This document shows positions 31,301 to 39,155 of a DNA stretch of 64,000 nucleotides, one piece after another. The stretch lies in the NCBI GenBank assembly GCA_964431385.1, contig CAYSJM010000002.1, forward strand, positions 4,242-68,241, in the 5' to 3' direction. A program made the translations under genes and the position numbers. Source of the DNA: an uncultured Ignavibacteriaceae bacterium (GTDB lineage Bacteria; Bacteroidota; Ignavibacteria; Ignavibacteriales; Ignavibacteriaceae). The notes below the pieces were generated by a model. That model was given only the letters and a program-made list of their open reading frames with translations. It made no database searches and was not told where the DNA came from. Every line of letters starts with the position of its first letter. Positions within the stretch are counted from its first letter, which is position 1.

Positions 31301-31396
31301 ATCCAGTCGGGAATTTATCTCGCACGGGTAGAGGCAAAGTCGATCGTGTCGGGAAAATCCGATCATAAAATCATTAAAATTGCAATAATAAAGTAA
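28361..31396 (+). CDS. T9SS cargo-type protein: M6 (InhA)-like domain with the zinc site lost + beta-propeller-like region + T9SS C-terminal domain
   Basis: Signal peptide from the ATG at 28361. M6-like blocks (LGLPDMFDT, LVWHID, VAVVEADGVNDIG), but STVAS sits where HExxH is expected. The C-terminus YNYPNPVVSGETFIRF..GIYLARV..IKIAIIK is a type-A T9SS sorting domain. Confidence 0.6.
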   Translation: MKILKTSIFILLLIPLTFAQVMKPSISSQKTFPGITSSTSSDTVKILAVMAEFQADNDNTTIGNGTFSSIYSQDYGKKIVDPLPHERNYFLAHLEFVKNYYHKVSNGKQVVIFEVLPNTVTLSKTMRNYSPPINSTDFKVMGDYVQETWTLADQANPGFNFKDYNLFFIFHAGVGRDVSLPGSLGNERDLPSIYFNLPALQKFYGSSFQGVPVSGGTFNIQNTGILPQTQNREVSSFNTKFLYQITINGLLVSTVASYLGLPDMFDTNTGLSAIGRFGLMDGQSIFAYNGAFPPEPSPWEKIKLGWITPIEFSGSLKDVTIAAKNIAQLGDTSVLKVRINELEYFLIENRQRDAFNDGAKLTLKDGNTSTTRTYIKDTTGFYSYSIDSLTGVLVDVDEFDWALPGSGILVWHIDEKVINAKIADNKVNTDKKRRGVAVVEADGVNDIGEKFLTIFGDEVVGEGTEYDFWFLENKADLYKNIFNNTSRPNTKSNDGANSLVTLKNFPSNSSRMKMTISLGDSLIKPFLAGKSVQGDNITQIMVDGSNIFAMSGNDLLQLDANMSVLNRFSGFSAQPVAYLNKNNIFYIAGASGTAVNLVKVTGGVPVLSSLTVSASITSQVVISTNNFESDRLIVGNAAGNIYRIAVEPLTLLDSIKGEAGVPVNYLYNRDGALKYIQKKNTTSYNVGDFASSYITSSGNFLDAVMVQNSTGNSLLVLEEGNRIKPYPDAVLAIDKPGNSLPIKSEYILLKGSSPITGFSVADNKLDGNLYINYVSGNEFYSVNQSGSVAENFPFKLPGTDQFEGIPVAADLYSTTHPELVSYTKSGLIYALDALTGKTIDGFPLSIGEQLNDNLSFAPSFFKTSSKTGLAVMGKSGYLSSWLLNEFSGVIYFSGRYGSGQNSSSVLASTGQLKTTEYFPQANVYNYPNPVVSGETFIRFFVSEDSDIFVKIFDLAGDFVADLKGYGQGGMDGEIKWSVGNIQSGIYLARVEAKSIVSGKSDHKIIKIAIIK

Positions 31397-31405
31397 CGGT
31401 ATTTG

Positions 31406-34400
31406 ATGCTAAGGAAACTTGCTCTTCTTTCAGTTTTTATCTTCTCTGTCGATGCATTTGCTCAATTTGACAAGTATAATTCAGAGTTTGAATGGTTTAC
31501 AATTAAAGGGAAAAATGTTGAAGTTCACTTTCATGAGGGAGCCGAGAGGACTGCCAGAGTTGTTCTTAAAATAGCCGAAGAAGTGTGGGACCCCGTTTGT
31601 TCACTCTATGAATTTTATCCAGATAAAGTCCATTATGTCATCAAAGATATCGATGACTACTCAAATGGTGCAACATATTTCTTTGACAATAAGATTGAGA
31701 TTTGGACGAGTGCACTCGATTTTGATCTCAGAGGTTCACATAACTGGTTACGAAATGTAATTTCCCATGAGTTCACACACATGGTGCAAATTCAGGCATC
31801 TTTAAAAACAACCAGATCTATCCCGGCGGTTTATCTTCAGGTTCTAAATTATGAAGATAAACGACGACCCGATATTTTATACGGCTTCCCAAATGTGATT
31901 GCGTCGTATCCATTGGCAATGTTGAATATGCCGGCATGGTTTGCAGAAGGTACTGCACAGTATATGCGTAAAGAATTCGACTATGATTATTGGGATGCAC
32001 ATCGTGATATGATCTTACGCTCGTATGTACTCGATAGCACAATGCTGACCTGGAATCAGATGGGTGTATTCGAGAAGACGAGTCTGGGAAATGAATCGGT
32101 CTATAATTCAGGATTTGCACTAACCAAGTACATTGCCCGGAAATATGGTGAAGATAAACTCCGAAAACTTACAAAGGCACTTAGCAAATTTTCCAACTTC
32201 TCTTTTGATGCTGCAGCAAGTGATATTTTGGGGATGAGTGGAAAAGAATTATATAATGAATGGGCAGGATTCCTAAGAAAGGATTATTCAGAAAGAATTG
32301 CCGGAGTTCTCGAAAACAAGGTAACCGGTGAGATGACCGGTGGTGTCGGTTTTGGAAACTTTTACCCGTCTTTTTCGAAAGACGGAAGTAAAATTCTTTA
32401 CATTTCGAATAAAACGAGTGATTATTTCTCTCCAACAGCCCTTTACGAGTACAATCTCTCAACAAAAGAGGAGAAAGTGCTTATTCCGGGGGTAAGATCA
32501 ACTTATTCTGAAATTCCCGGGACTGAAAGTGTTATCTACTCCAAACTTTCAGATGATAATCCTAACGATTACAAGGTACATGATATTTATATCTTCGATA
32601 AAAAAAGTGAGAAAGAAACTCGGCTCACTAACAATCTAAGAGCAAATATGCCTTCTGTCTCACCGGATGGTAAGAAAATTGTTTTTCTTTTCCAGAAGGA
32701 TGGTACAACAAATATTGGAACAATCGACATCGACGGAAAGAATTTTAAACAACTTACCTACTACGCTAATGGTGAACAAGTTTTTAAGCCCGTATTTTCG
32801 CCTGATTCAAAGACAATCTACTTTGACTATTCATATCTTCATGGTAGAGACATTGCAAAAATTTCTGCTGATGGCGGGAGTGTAGAGTTCGTTCTAAATA
32901 CACCACAGGATGAGAGAAGTCCTGTTTTCACAAAAGATGGTAAACTTCTTTACTCTTCAGACGAGACAGGTATTTTTAATATATACAGCTACGATCTGGC
33001 ATCTAAAGAACAAAAAAGATTGACAAATGTTACAGGTGGTGCTTTTATGCCAGCTGTCGATCAATCAGGAAATATTACTTATGCTGGCTACACTTCCGGT
33101 GGATATAAAATATTTCTGGTAAATTCGACTGATCAGCTTAAAGTTGATGATTCTAAAAAATATGTGAAACAAGGGAATCCACCTCTCTCACCGGAACAAA
33201 AAAATAATGATGCCAAAGTAATCGATTGGGAGAGATTAAAAAACTTTAACGATTATCAATATCCTGATTCTCCCAAAACCAAATATTCCGGGGCATTTTC
33301 CCGTCTGAGCATTTTCCCGTTTGTTCGTTACGACAATTATAGCACCACGAATAATGTACTCGAAAAAATAAAACCCGGTCTGTATGTGAGTTCTTCCGAT
33401 ATGCTTAATAGATTCAGCATCTTTGCAGGAGGATCGATTAATACAAGAGGGGAGAGAGATCTTTTCTTCAGTTTCGATTACAGAAACAAACTTCCATTGT
33501 TACCACTTCTTGGCTTAAAGCCCGATTTGGGTCTGGAAGTTTACAATGTGACCCGTAAAGCCGATGTTGACATTATATTCGAAGAGCTGCCAAAAGCCTC
33601 AACAAATGTAATTTATAACCTTTTTGAAGTTGACCTTGTTGCTAAACATAAACTTTTTGGAACAGAAAAAAATCTTGAATTAAGGTATATCTTCAGTAGT
33701 TATACCGCTACCATAGAGAGTTTTATTATCCCGGGCACCACATCTGACTTGTACCCAACATTTAACGACACTTATTTGATCGGAAGCAATTTCAGAGCTA
33801 CTTACAAAACTGATTTCAAAAAGCCGAACAAGGATATGGATATAAATCCAATCGGCAGCAGTCTTGAGATCAGATACGATTATGAAATGAATAGATTTAA
33901 TCCTGATGGAGAATATTCTGTTGACAATGGGATACTTGTAGCACAATATAAAAATTTCAATTTCCATCGTCTCGAAGTTACCACTGGTTACTCATTCGAA
34001 ACATTTAAAGGTCATTCACTCGGTGCAAAAGTGAGGGTGGGTACAATTTTTGGACCTTCCGTGCCTGATTTCTTCGACTTCTTTCTCGGTGGCCTCATTG
34101 GGATGAAAGCTTACCCGTTTTACGCAATCAGCGGAAATGAAATTATGTATGCTAACCTGACCTATAGAATGCCCCTCTTTAGGGATATAGACTACAAATT
34201 TGGTCATCTTTATCTCGATAAAATTTATCTCTCACTTTTTGGTGATCTCGGAAATGCCTGGACCGGTAATCTGGAGGAGTCAGGAAATCTCAAAAAGGGA
34301 GTTGGTGCTGAGTTAAGATTTTCACTCAACTCTTTTTATCTCTTCCCAACTGCCGTCTTTTTCTCCGCTGCGTACGGCTTTGATGAAGTAACGAAGATGG

Positions 34401-34477
34401 CTCAAACCGGTGAAGTGGTTAAATACGGTAAAGAGTGGAATTTTTATGGTGGTGTCTTATTTGGATTTGATTTTTAA
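31406..34477 (+). CDS. Fusion protein: HExxH metallopeptidase-like domain + TolB-like beta-propeller repeats + Omp85/BamA-like C-terminal barrel
   Basis: Signal peptide, then HEFTH at 31766..31780. Repeats of the type PSFSKDGSKILYIS, PSVSPDGKKIVFLF, PVFSPDSKTIYFDY and PVFTKDGKLLYSSDETGIFNIY. The last ~350 aa end in ..GVGAELRF..AAYGFD..WNFYGGVLFGFDF, which parallels the C-terminus of the bamA in this window. Confidence 0.55.
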   Translation: MLRKLALLSVFIFSVDAFAQFDKYNSEFEWFTIKGKNVEVHFHEGAERTARVVLKIAEEVWDPVCSLYEFYPDKVHYVIKDIDDYSNGATYFFDNKIEIWTSALDFDLRGSHNWLRNVISHEFTHMVQIQASLKTTRSIPAVYLQVLNYEDKRRPDILYGFPNVIASYPLAMLNMPAWFAEGTAQYMRKEFDYDYWDAHRDMILRSYVLDSTMLTWNQMGVFEKTSLGNESVYNSGFALTKYIARKYGEDKLRKLTKALSKFSNFSFDAAASDILGMSGKELYNEWAGFLRKDYSERIAGVLENKVTGEMTGGVGFGNFYPSFSKDGSKILYISNKTSDYFSPTALYEYNLSTKEEKVLIPGVRSTYSEIPGTESVIYSKLSDDNPNDYKVHDIYIFDKKSEKETRLTNNLRANMPSVSPDGKKIVFLFQKDGTTNIGTIDIDGKNFKQLTYYANGEQVFKPVFSPDSKTIYFDYSYLHGRDIAKISADGGSVEFVLNTPQDERSPVFTKDGKLLYSSDETGIFNIYSYDLASKEQKRLTNVTGGAFMPAVDQSGNITYAGYTSGGYKIFLVNSTDQLKVDDSKKYVKQGNPPLSPEQKNNDAKVIDWERLKNFNDYQYPDSPKTKYSGAFSRLSIFPFVRYDNYSTTNNVLEKIKPGLYVSSSDMLNRFSIFAGGSINTRGERDLFFSFDYRNKLPLLPLLGLKPDLGLEVYNVTRKADVDIIFEELPKASTNVIYNLFEVDLVAKHKLFGTEKNLELRYIFSSYTATIESFIIPGTTSDLYPTFNDTYLIGSNFRATYKTDFKKPNKDMDINPIGSSLEIRYDYEMNRFNPDGEYSVDNGILVAQYKNFNFHRLEVTTGYSFETFKGHSLGAKVRVGTIFGPSVPDFFDFFLGGLIGMKAYPFYAISGNEIMYANLTYRMPLFRDIDYKFGHLYLDKIYLSLFGDLGNAWTGNLEESGNLKKGVGAELRFSLNSFYLFPTAVFFSAAYGFDEVTKMAQTGEVVKYGKEWNFYGGVLFGFDF

Positions 34478-34489
34478 AAAGGAACAATT

Positions 34490-35362
34490 ATGAAATTGAT
34501 TTTTTTATTCGCAGCTCTTTCTCTCCTTAATTTTTCCGTTTTTTCACAGGTTACTGTTGAAGAGAAGCTGGAATTGACGGGTGACCTCAAGACTGACTCC
34601 CGAATAATAGCCGGGAAGTATTCTCCTGAATTACAGAATGGAATAAGTCTGAATACAGGGAAAAAATCAATTCTTCTCGCTACAATTCTCTCTGCTGCCG
34701 TACCCGGTGCAGGTCAGTTATATAACGGTGAGCTTTGGAAAACAGCCATTTTTGTCGGTCTTGAAGCAGGGCTTATAACAGCAGCAATTCTTTCAAACCA
34801 AAAAGGTGATGACAAGACAAAAGAATTTGAAGCGTATGCTGATGAAAATTGGAGTGTAGTGAAATATGCCGATTGGTTGATTGCCAATAGAACAGCACTT
34901 GGTTTGCCCGAAGGTAATGTTACTATCGATCCAAACACATCGCTAAAGCCCTGGGAACGCGTAAATTGGGCTGAACTCAATCATGTTGAGGGGAGATTTT
35001 CGCATAAACTCCCTCGTTATGGTGAGCAACAATATTATGAACTGATCGGGAAATACCCTCAGTATAATCACGGCTGGAAAGACCAGTTAAATGATAATAC
35101 ACCCGAATACAATTCAAATTTAACCCCAATGTTTTTGGGCTACAGCCAAATGAGGGGTGAGGCAAATGATTTTTATAATGCGGCGAGTAGATATGTAGTT
35201 TTTGTAGTGGTTAACCACATCCTCTCTGCCGGCGAAGCTGCGTGGTCTTCGGCGATGTTCAACAAACATCTTTCGATGAATCTTCGTTTATCACCCGAGA
35301 TAATAAATACAGCCATGGATGTTGAGTTTATTCCTAAGCTCAATGTGAGTTTAAGATTTTAA
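34490..35362 (+). CDS. DUF5683-like envelope protein
   Basis: Signal peptide, then ILSAAVPGAGQLYNGELWKTAIFVGLEAGL, the hallmark PG.GQ.YN..WK segment of DUF5683. Confidence 0.5.
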   Translation: MKLIFLFAALSLLNFSVFSQVTVEEKLELTGDLKTDSRIIAGKYSPELQNGISLNTGKKSILLATILSAAVPGAGQLYNGELWKTAIFVGLEAGLITAAILSNQKGDDKTKEFEAYADENWSVVKYADWLIANRTALGLPEGNVTIDPNTSLKPWERVNWAELNHVEGRFSHKLPRYGEQQYYELIGKYPQYNHGWKDQLNDNTPEYNSNLTPMFLGYSQMRGEANDFYNAASRYVVFVVVNHILSAGEAAWSSAMFNKHLSMNLRLSPEIINTAMDVEFIPKLNVSLRF

Positions 35363-35385
35363 TAACAGAATAATCTCCGGTTTAG

Positions 35386-36798
35386 ATGTTTTTCCAATCG
35401 ATTGATTTTGGAGTGTTCTTCGTAGCATTTTTTTTTGCTTTCCAGTTGACATCTAAAAGACCTGAACTAAGAAAATATGTATTACTGGGTTCAAGTTATC
35501 TCTTTTTTGGTTATTGGAATTGGCTTTTTGCACTATTGTTAATATTGTGTAGTGCTTTTACACTATTTAATGGATCGCTGATTCGATCTGCTGAATCAAA
35601 AGAGACAGGGACGAAGATACTTGCTACGGGGATTGTATTCAATCTTCTAATCCTTTTATTTTATAAATACTGTTTGTATATAATCGAGAATTGGGTTGGG
35701 ACAGGCAACAAAGGTGTTGTTAGTCATGAGTTCGTTGAACAATATGTTGTCTTGCCGTTTGGTGTCCTCGTTTTCACGCTTCAAGCGATAAGTTACCTTT
35801 TCGATACTTACAGAGATAAATCATCGGAAAAAGTCTCACCTCTAAATGTCTTATTATTATTAGCATATTTCCCAAAATTACTCGCGGGTCCATTAGTAAA
35901 GCCACGCCATTTTTTTAATCAGTTGGCTAAGATGGAGGGGAAAGAGGAGATTAATTTTGCGGAATCAGCGAGCTTGATCTTAAAAGGGTTGTTCAAGAAA
36001 TTTGTGTTGGCAAATTACATTGCATTGCAAGTTGTTGATCCAATATTCAACAATCCGGCACAATATTCTTCATTTGATATTTTGATGGCTATATTTGCAT
36101 TTGCATTGCAACTTTACTGGAATTTAAGTGCTTACAGCGAGCTTGCAGTTGGATTTTCGCTTCTGTTAGGGATTCCATTACCGGTGAATTTTAAACAGCC
36201 ATTTAGCGTACACCGTTTAAGTGAATTCTGGCAACGATGGTTTATTACATTCTCCACCTGGTTAAAGGATTATGTCTATTTACCTGTGAGAAGCAAATTT
36301 CCGGAGAGAAACGCAAAAATATTAAGCATATTGGTTGTGTTTTTTTCGGGCGCAATTTGGTATGGCACCGGACTAAACACATTATTCCTTGGACTTATAG
36401 GAGCTGGTGGATTGTTATTCGAGATGTGGTTAACAAGATCGTGGCAAGTTAATAAAGATTCATATAAATTGAAAACAATCCTGGTATTATCTTTTGTTGT
36501 CAATATCGCCTTATTATCGATATTCATGCGAGGTGATAACCTGGATGCATCAATTAAATTACTGAGTGCATTATTTAGGTTTACAATCGGTGATTCAATT
36601 TTAACTCCTCTAACGATGTCGATTATTATTTGGGGGTTTGCTGCTAACTTTATACCAACTGAATGGGGAAGAACGATAAGAAATTATTACACAAAGTTGC
36701 ATCCTCTAACACAGGCGGTTATTTTTGGGGGAGTAATATTATTAATTTCCACTTTTGGATTGCCGGTTGAACCAACTATTAAGTATTTTCAATTCTGA
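35386..36798 (+). CDS. MBOAT-family membrane O-acyltransferase (AlgI/PatA/DltB-like)
   Basis: 470 aa with more than 8 TM helices. Typical MBOAT blocks FPKLLAGPL.., FWQRWFITFSTWLKDYVYLP and the conserved His region. Confidence 0.75.
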   Translation: MFFQSIDFGVFFVAFFFAFQLTSKRPELRKYVLLGSSYLFFGYWNWLFALLLILCSAFTLFNGSLIRSAESKETGTKILATGIVFNLLILLFYKYCLYIIENWVGTGNKGVVSHEFVEQYVVLPFGVLVFTLQAISYLFDTYRDKSSEKVSPLNVLLLLAYFPKLLAGPLVKPRHFFNQLAKMEGKEEINFAESASLILKGLFKKFVLANYIALQVVDPIFNNPAQYSSFDILMAIFAFALQLYWNLSAYSELAVGFSLLLGIPLPVNFKQPFSVHRLSEFWQRWFITFSTWLKDYVYLPVRSKFPERNAKILSILVVFFSGAIWYGTGLNTLFLGLIGAGGLLFEMWLTRSWQVNKDSYKLKTILVLSFVVNIALLSIFMRGDNLDASIKLLSALFRFTIGDSILTPLTMSIIIWGFAANFIPTEWGRTIRNYYTKLHPLTQAVIFGGVILLISTFGLPVEPTIKYFQF

Positions 36799-36806
36799 TA
36801 TAATTT

Positions 36807-37835
36807 ATGATGAAACCAGATCTCTATAAATCGAAGACCGTTTTGAAAATGATGATGGCAGTTATGCTGTTCCTCATGGTTTTCAACTCGGCAGCTATTT
36901 ATGTCTGGGTGCAAAGACTTTCATCAGATTCGGTTGTTAAGCCGGTGCTTCTAAGTAGTTTTGAGCCTGTTTATGCGGTTTGTGATCGTTTACCATACAT
37001 CAACTTTTTTCAACAACTAAAGCAAGACTACCGAAAATTTGCAGAAGTTGATTTTAGAGAAAAATATGATGTTGATCCATCGAAATATCTTTCGATTGAA
37101 AAATATAGCTGGTTAAAGTCGTCGTTAGAGCCGGAATTGTCGCCAGAAAGCAAACTTGCAGCTTTAGATACAGTTACAACACCGGTAATTGAATCATTTG
37201 ATACAAATACTGTTTTAAAGGTTTTGTTGATCGGTGATTCGATGTTAAAAGTTGGATTTGGAGATATTCTTAGTGCAAAACTTAAAGCCAAAGGGAAAAT
37301 TGATGTTACTTACTTTGGGAAGAATTCAACCGGACTTTCCCGGCAAGATTATTTTGACTGGTTTGCTAAATTGGAGAGTCTGTGTAAGAACACCAAATAC
37401 CATTTAATTGTGTTGATGATTGGGGCAAATGATGCTCAGGGATTTAATAATGGTTCAAAGGTGGTCAATTATGGTACTCAGGAATGGTTGGACAGCTACA
37501 GGAGGAAGACTAATCTCTTCGCTGCGATGATGTCGAAATACTCTCACAGGTTTTATTGGATCGGAATGCCTCCCATGCTGATGAGCAAATTTGATGACAA
37601 GATGAAGACATTATCAAAAATTTATAAAGAAGAAACAGTAAAATTCCCAAATGGAAGTTTTATTGCAACAACTTCAATTTTGGGGGATAATAAAGGTGGT
37701 TACACAGCTTATGGCACTGTCAACGGGAAAAAAGTTTTATTGAGGGGAAATGATGGGATTCATTTTGCCAATGGTGGGGGTGAACTCTTGACAAATGCAG
37801 TGTTGGAAAAATTTAAAACAGACTTTAAAAGATAA
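36807..37835 (+). CDS. Membrane-anchored SGNH/GDSL hydrolase-fold protein (AlgX/AlgJ/PatB-like, DUF459-like)
   Basis: N-terminal TM. SGNH blocks LLIGDSM (I), IGANDAQG (III) and NDGIHF (V). It starts 8 bp after the MBOAT gene. Confidence 0.65.
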   Translation: MMKPDLYKSKTVLKMMMAVMLFLMVFNSAAIYVWVQRLSSDSVVKPVLLSSFEPVYAVCDRLPYINFFQQLKQDYRKFAEVDFREKYDVDPSKYLSIEKYSWLKSSLEPELSPESKLAALDTVTTPVIESFDTNTVLKVLLIGDSMLKVGFGDILSAKLKAKGKIDVTYFGKNSTGLSRQDYFDWFAKLESLCKNTKYHLIVLMIGANDAQGFNNGSKVVNYGTQEWLDSYRRKTNLFAAMMSKYSHRFYWIGMPPMLMSKFDDKMKTLSKIYKEETVKFPNGSFIATTSILGDNKGGYTAYGTVNGKKVLLRGNDGIHFANGGGELLTNAVLEKFKTDFKR

Positions 37836-37844
37836 GAAGAAAAG

Positions 37845-39155
37845 ATGCGAGATAATTTAGTAGTCATAGTTGGTCGTCCCAATGTTGGGAAATCAACTCT
37901 GTTCAACCGGCTAACCGGAACAAAAGATGCCATCGTTGACGATGTCAGCGGTGTTACGAGAGACAGACAATTTGGATATGTCGAATGGAACCTGAAAAGG
38001 TTCAGACTTATCGATACGGGCGGGTATGTTCCTGATTCACCGGATCAATTCGAAACTGCAATCAGAGAGCAGGTTGAGATAGCTCTTACAGAGGCTGACA
38101 AAATTATTTTTGTGGTTGATGGCAGAACAGGTTTGCTTCCGATAGATGAAGTAATAGCCGATCTTTTAAGAACTTCAGGCAAAAGAACTATTTTGTGCGT
38201 TAACAAGATTGATTCAGAGAAGTTGGAGAACAATGTTCATGAATTTTATGCTTTAGGATTTGGTGAACCCCACCCGATCTCAGCACTCAACGGGAGGATG
38301 ACAGGCGATTTCCTTGAAGTAATTATCAATGGATTTCCACTTGCTGAAGAAGACCCACTCGATGAAGGTCTAAAAATCGCGTTTGTTGGAAGACCTAATG
38401 TCGGAAAATCATCTCTGACGAATGCACTTCTCGGTGAGGACAGAAGTATTGTAACAAATATCCCCGGAACAACCAGAGATTCGATCGATAGCGTGATAAA
38501 ATATTACGGTGAAGAGATTACTATTGTCGATACTGCGGGATTACGAAAAAAATCGAAAATAAAAGAGAATATTGAATACTATTCTTCAGTCAGAACCCTG
38601 AGGGCGATCGCCGATGCTCATATTGTAGTATTAATGGTTGATGCAGTTCAAGGGTTTGAAACTCAGGAACACAAGATTCTTGAAGAGGCAATTCAGAGAC
38701 GAAAAGGTGTGATAATTGCCATCAACAAATGGGATCTTGTTGAGAAGGATAGCAACACAGCAAAATATTATGAAAAAGTGCTTACCCAAACCCTCGGTAA
38801 ATACGATTATTTCCCGGTGATTTTTATTTCAGCAGTAACCAAACAACGAATTTATAAGTTGATTGAGATGGCGAAAGAAATTCAGGAGGAGAGACATAAA
38901 AAGATCCCAACAAATGAATTAAACGAAAAAATTCTGAAAGAGATTGAACTCTCTCCACCACCTGCAACTCACACCGGGAAAGAAGTCAGAATAAAATTTA
39001 TCAACCAGGTTGGTGATAATTATCCTGTTTTTCTCTTCTTTTGCAACTACCCCAAGGCAGTTTCTGACCAGTATAGAAGATATTTAGAAAAGGCAATCAG
39101 AAGGCATTTTGGATTTAAAGGAGTTCCTTTTACCATATCGTTTAAAGAAAAATAA
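37845..39155 (+). CDS. der: Ribosome-associated GTPase Der/EngA
   Basis: Two tandem G domains (GRPNVGKSTLFNRL and GRPNVGKSSLTNAL, DTGG/DTAG, NKID/NKWD) plus a KH-like C-terminus. Confidence 0.9.
   Translation: MRDNLVVIVGRPNVGKSTLFNRLTGTKDAIVDDVSGVTRDRQFGYVEWNLKRFRLIDTGGYVPDSPDQFETAIREQVEIALTEADKIIFVVDGRTGLLPIDEVIADLLRTSGKRTILCVNKIDSEKLENNVHEFYALGFGEPHPISALNGRMTGDFLEVIINGFPLAEEDPLDEGLKIAFVGRPNVGKSSLTNALLGEDRSIVTNIPGTTRDSIDSVIKYYGEEITIVDTAGLRKKSKIKENIEYYSSVRTLRAIADAHIVVLMVDAVQGFETQEHKILEEAIQRRKGVIIAINKWDLVEKDSNTAKYYEKVLTQTLGKYDYFPVIFISAVTKQRIYKLIEMAKEIQEERHKKIPTNELNEKILKEIELSPPPATHTGKEVRIKFINQVGDNYPVFLFFCNYPKAVSDQYRRYLEKAIRRHFGFKGVPFTISFKEK

Noticed and set aside
28361-31396. Calling the 1011-aa T9SS protein an active immune-inhibitor-A-type metalloprotease.
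   Set aside because: No HExxH is present anywhere in the protein. The aligned position reads STVAS, so an active zinc peptidase call is not supportable.
35428-35436. T9 homopolymer near the 5' end of the MBOAT gene as a phase-variation switch.
   Set aside because: It encodes Phe-Phe-Phe in a TM helix of an AT-rich genome, so chance is a sufficient explanation. Nine T residues is at the lower limit for slippage. It is kept only as a note inside the MBOAT finding.
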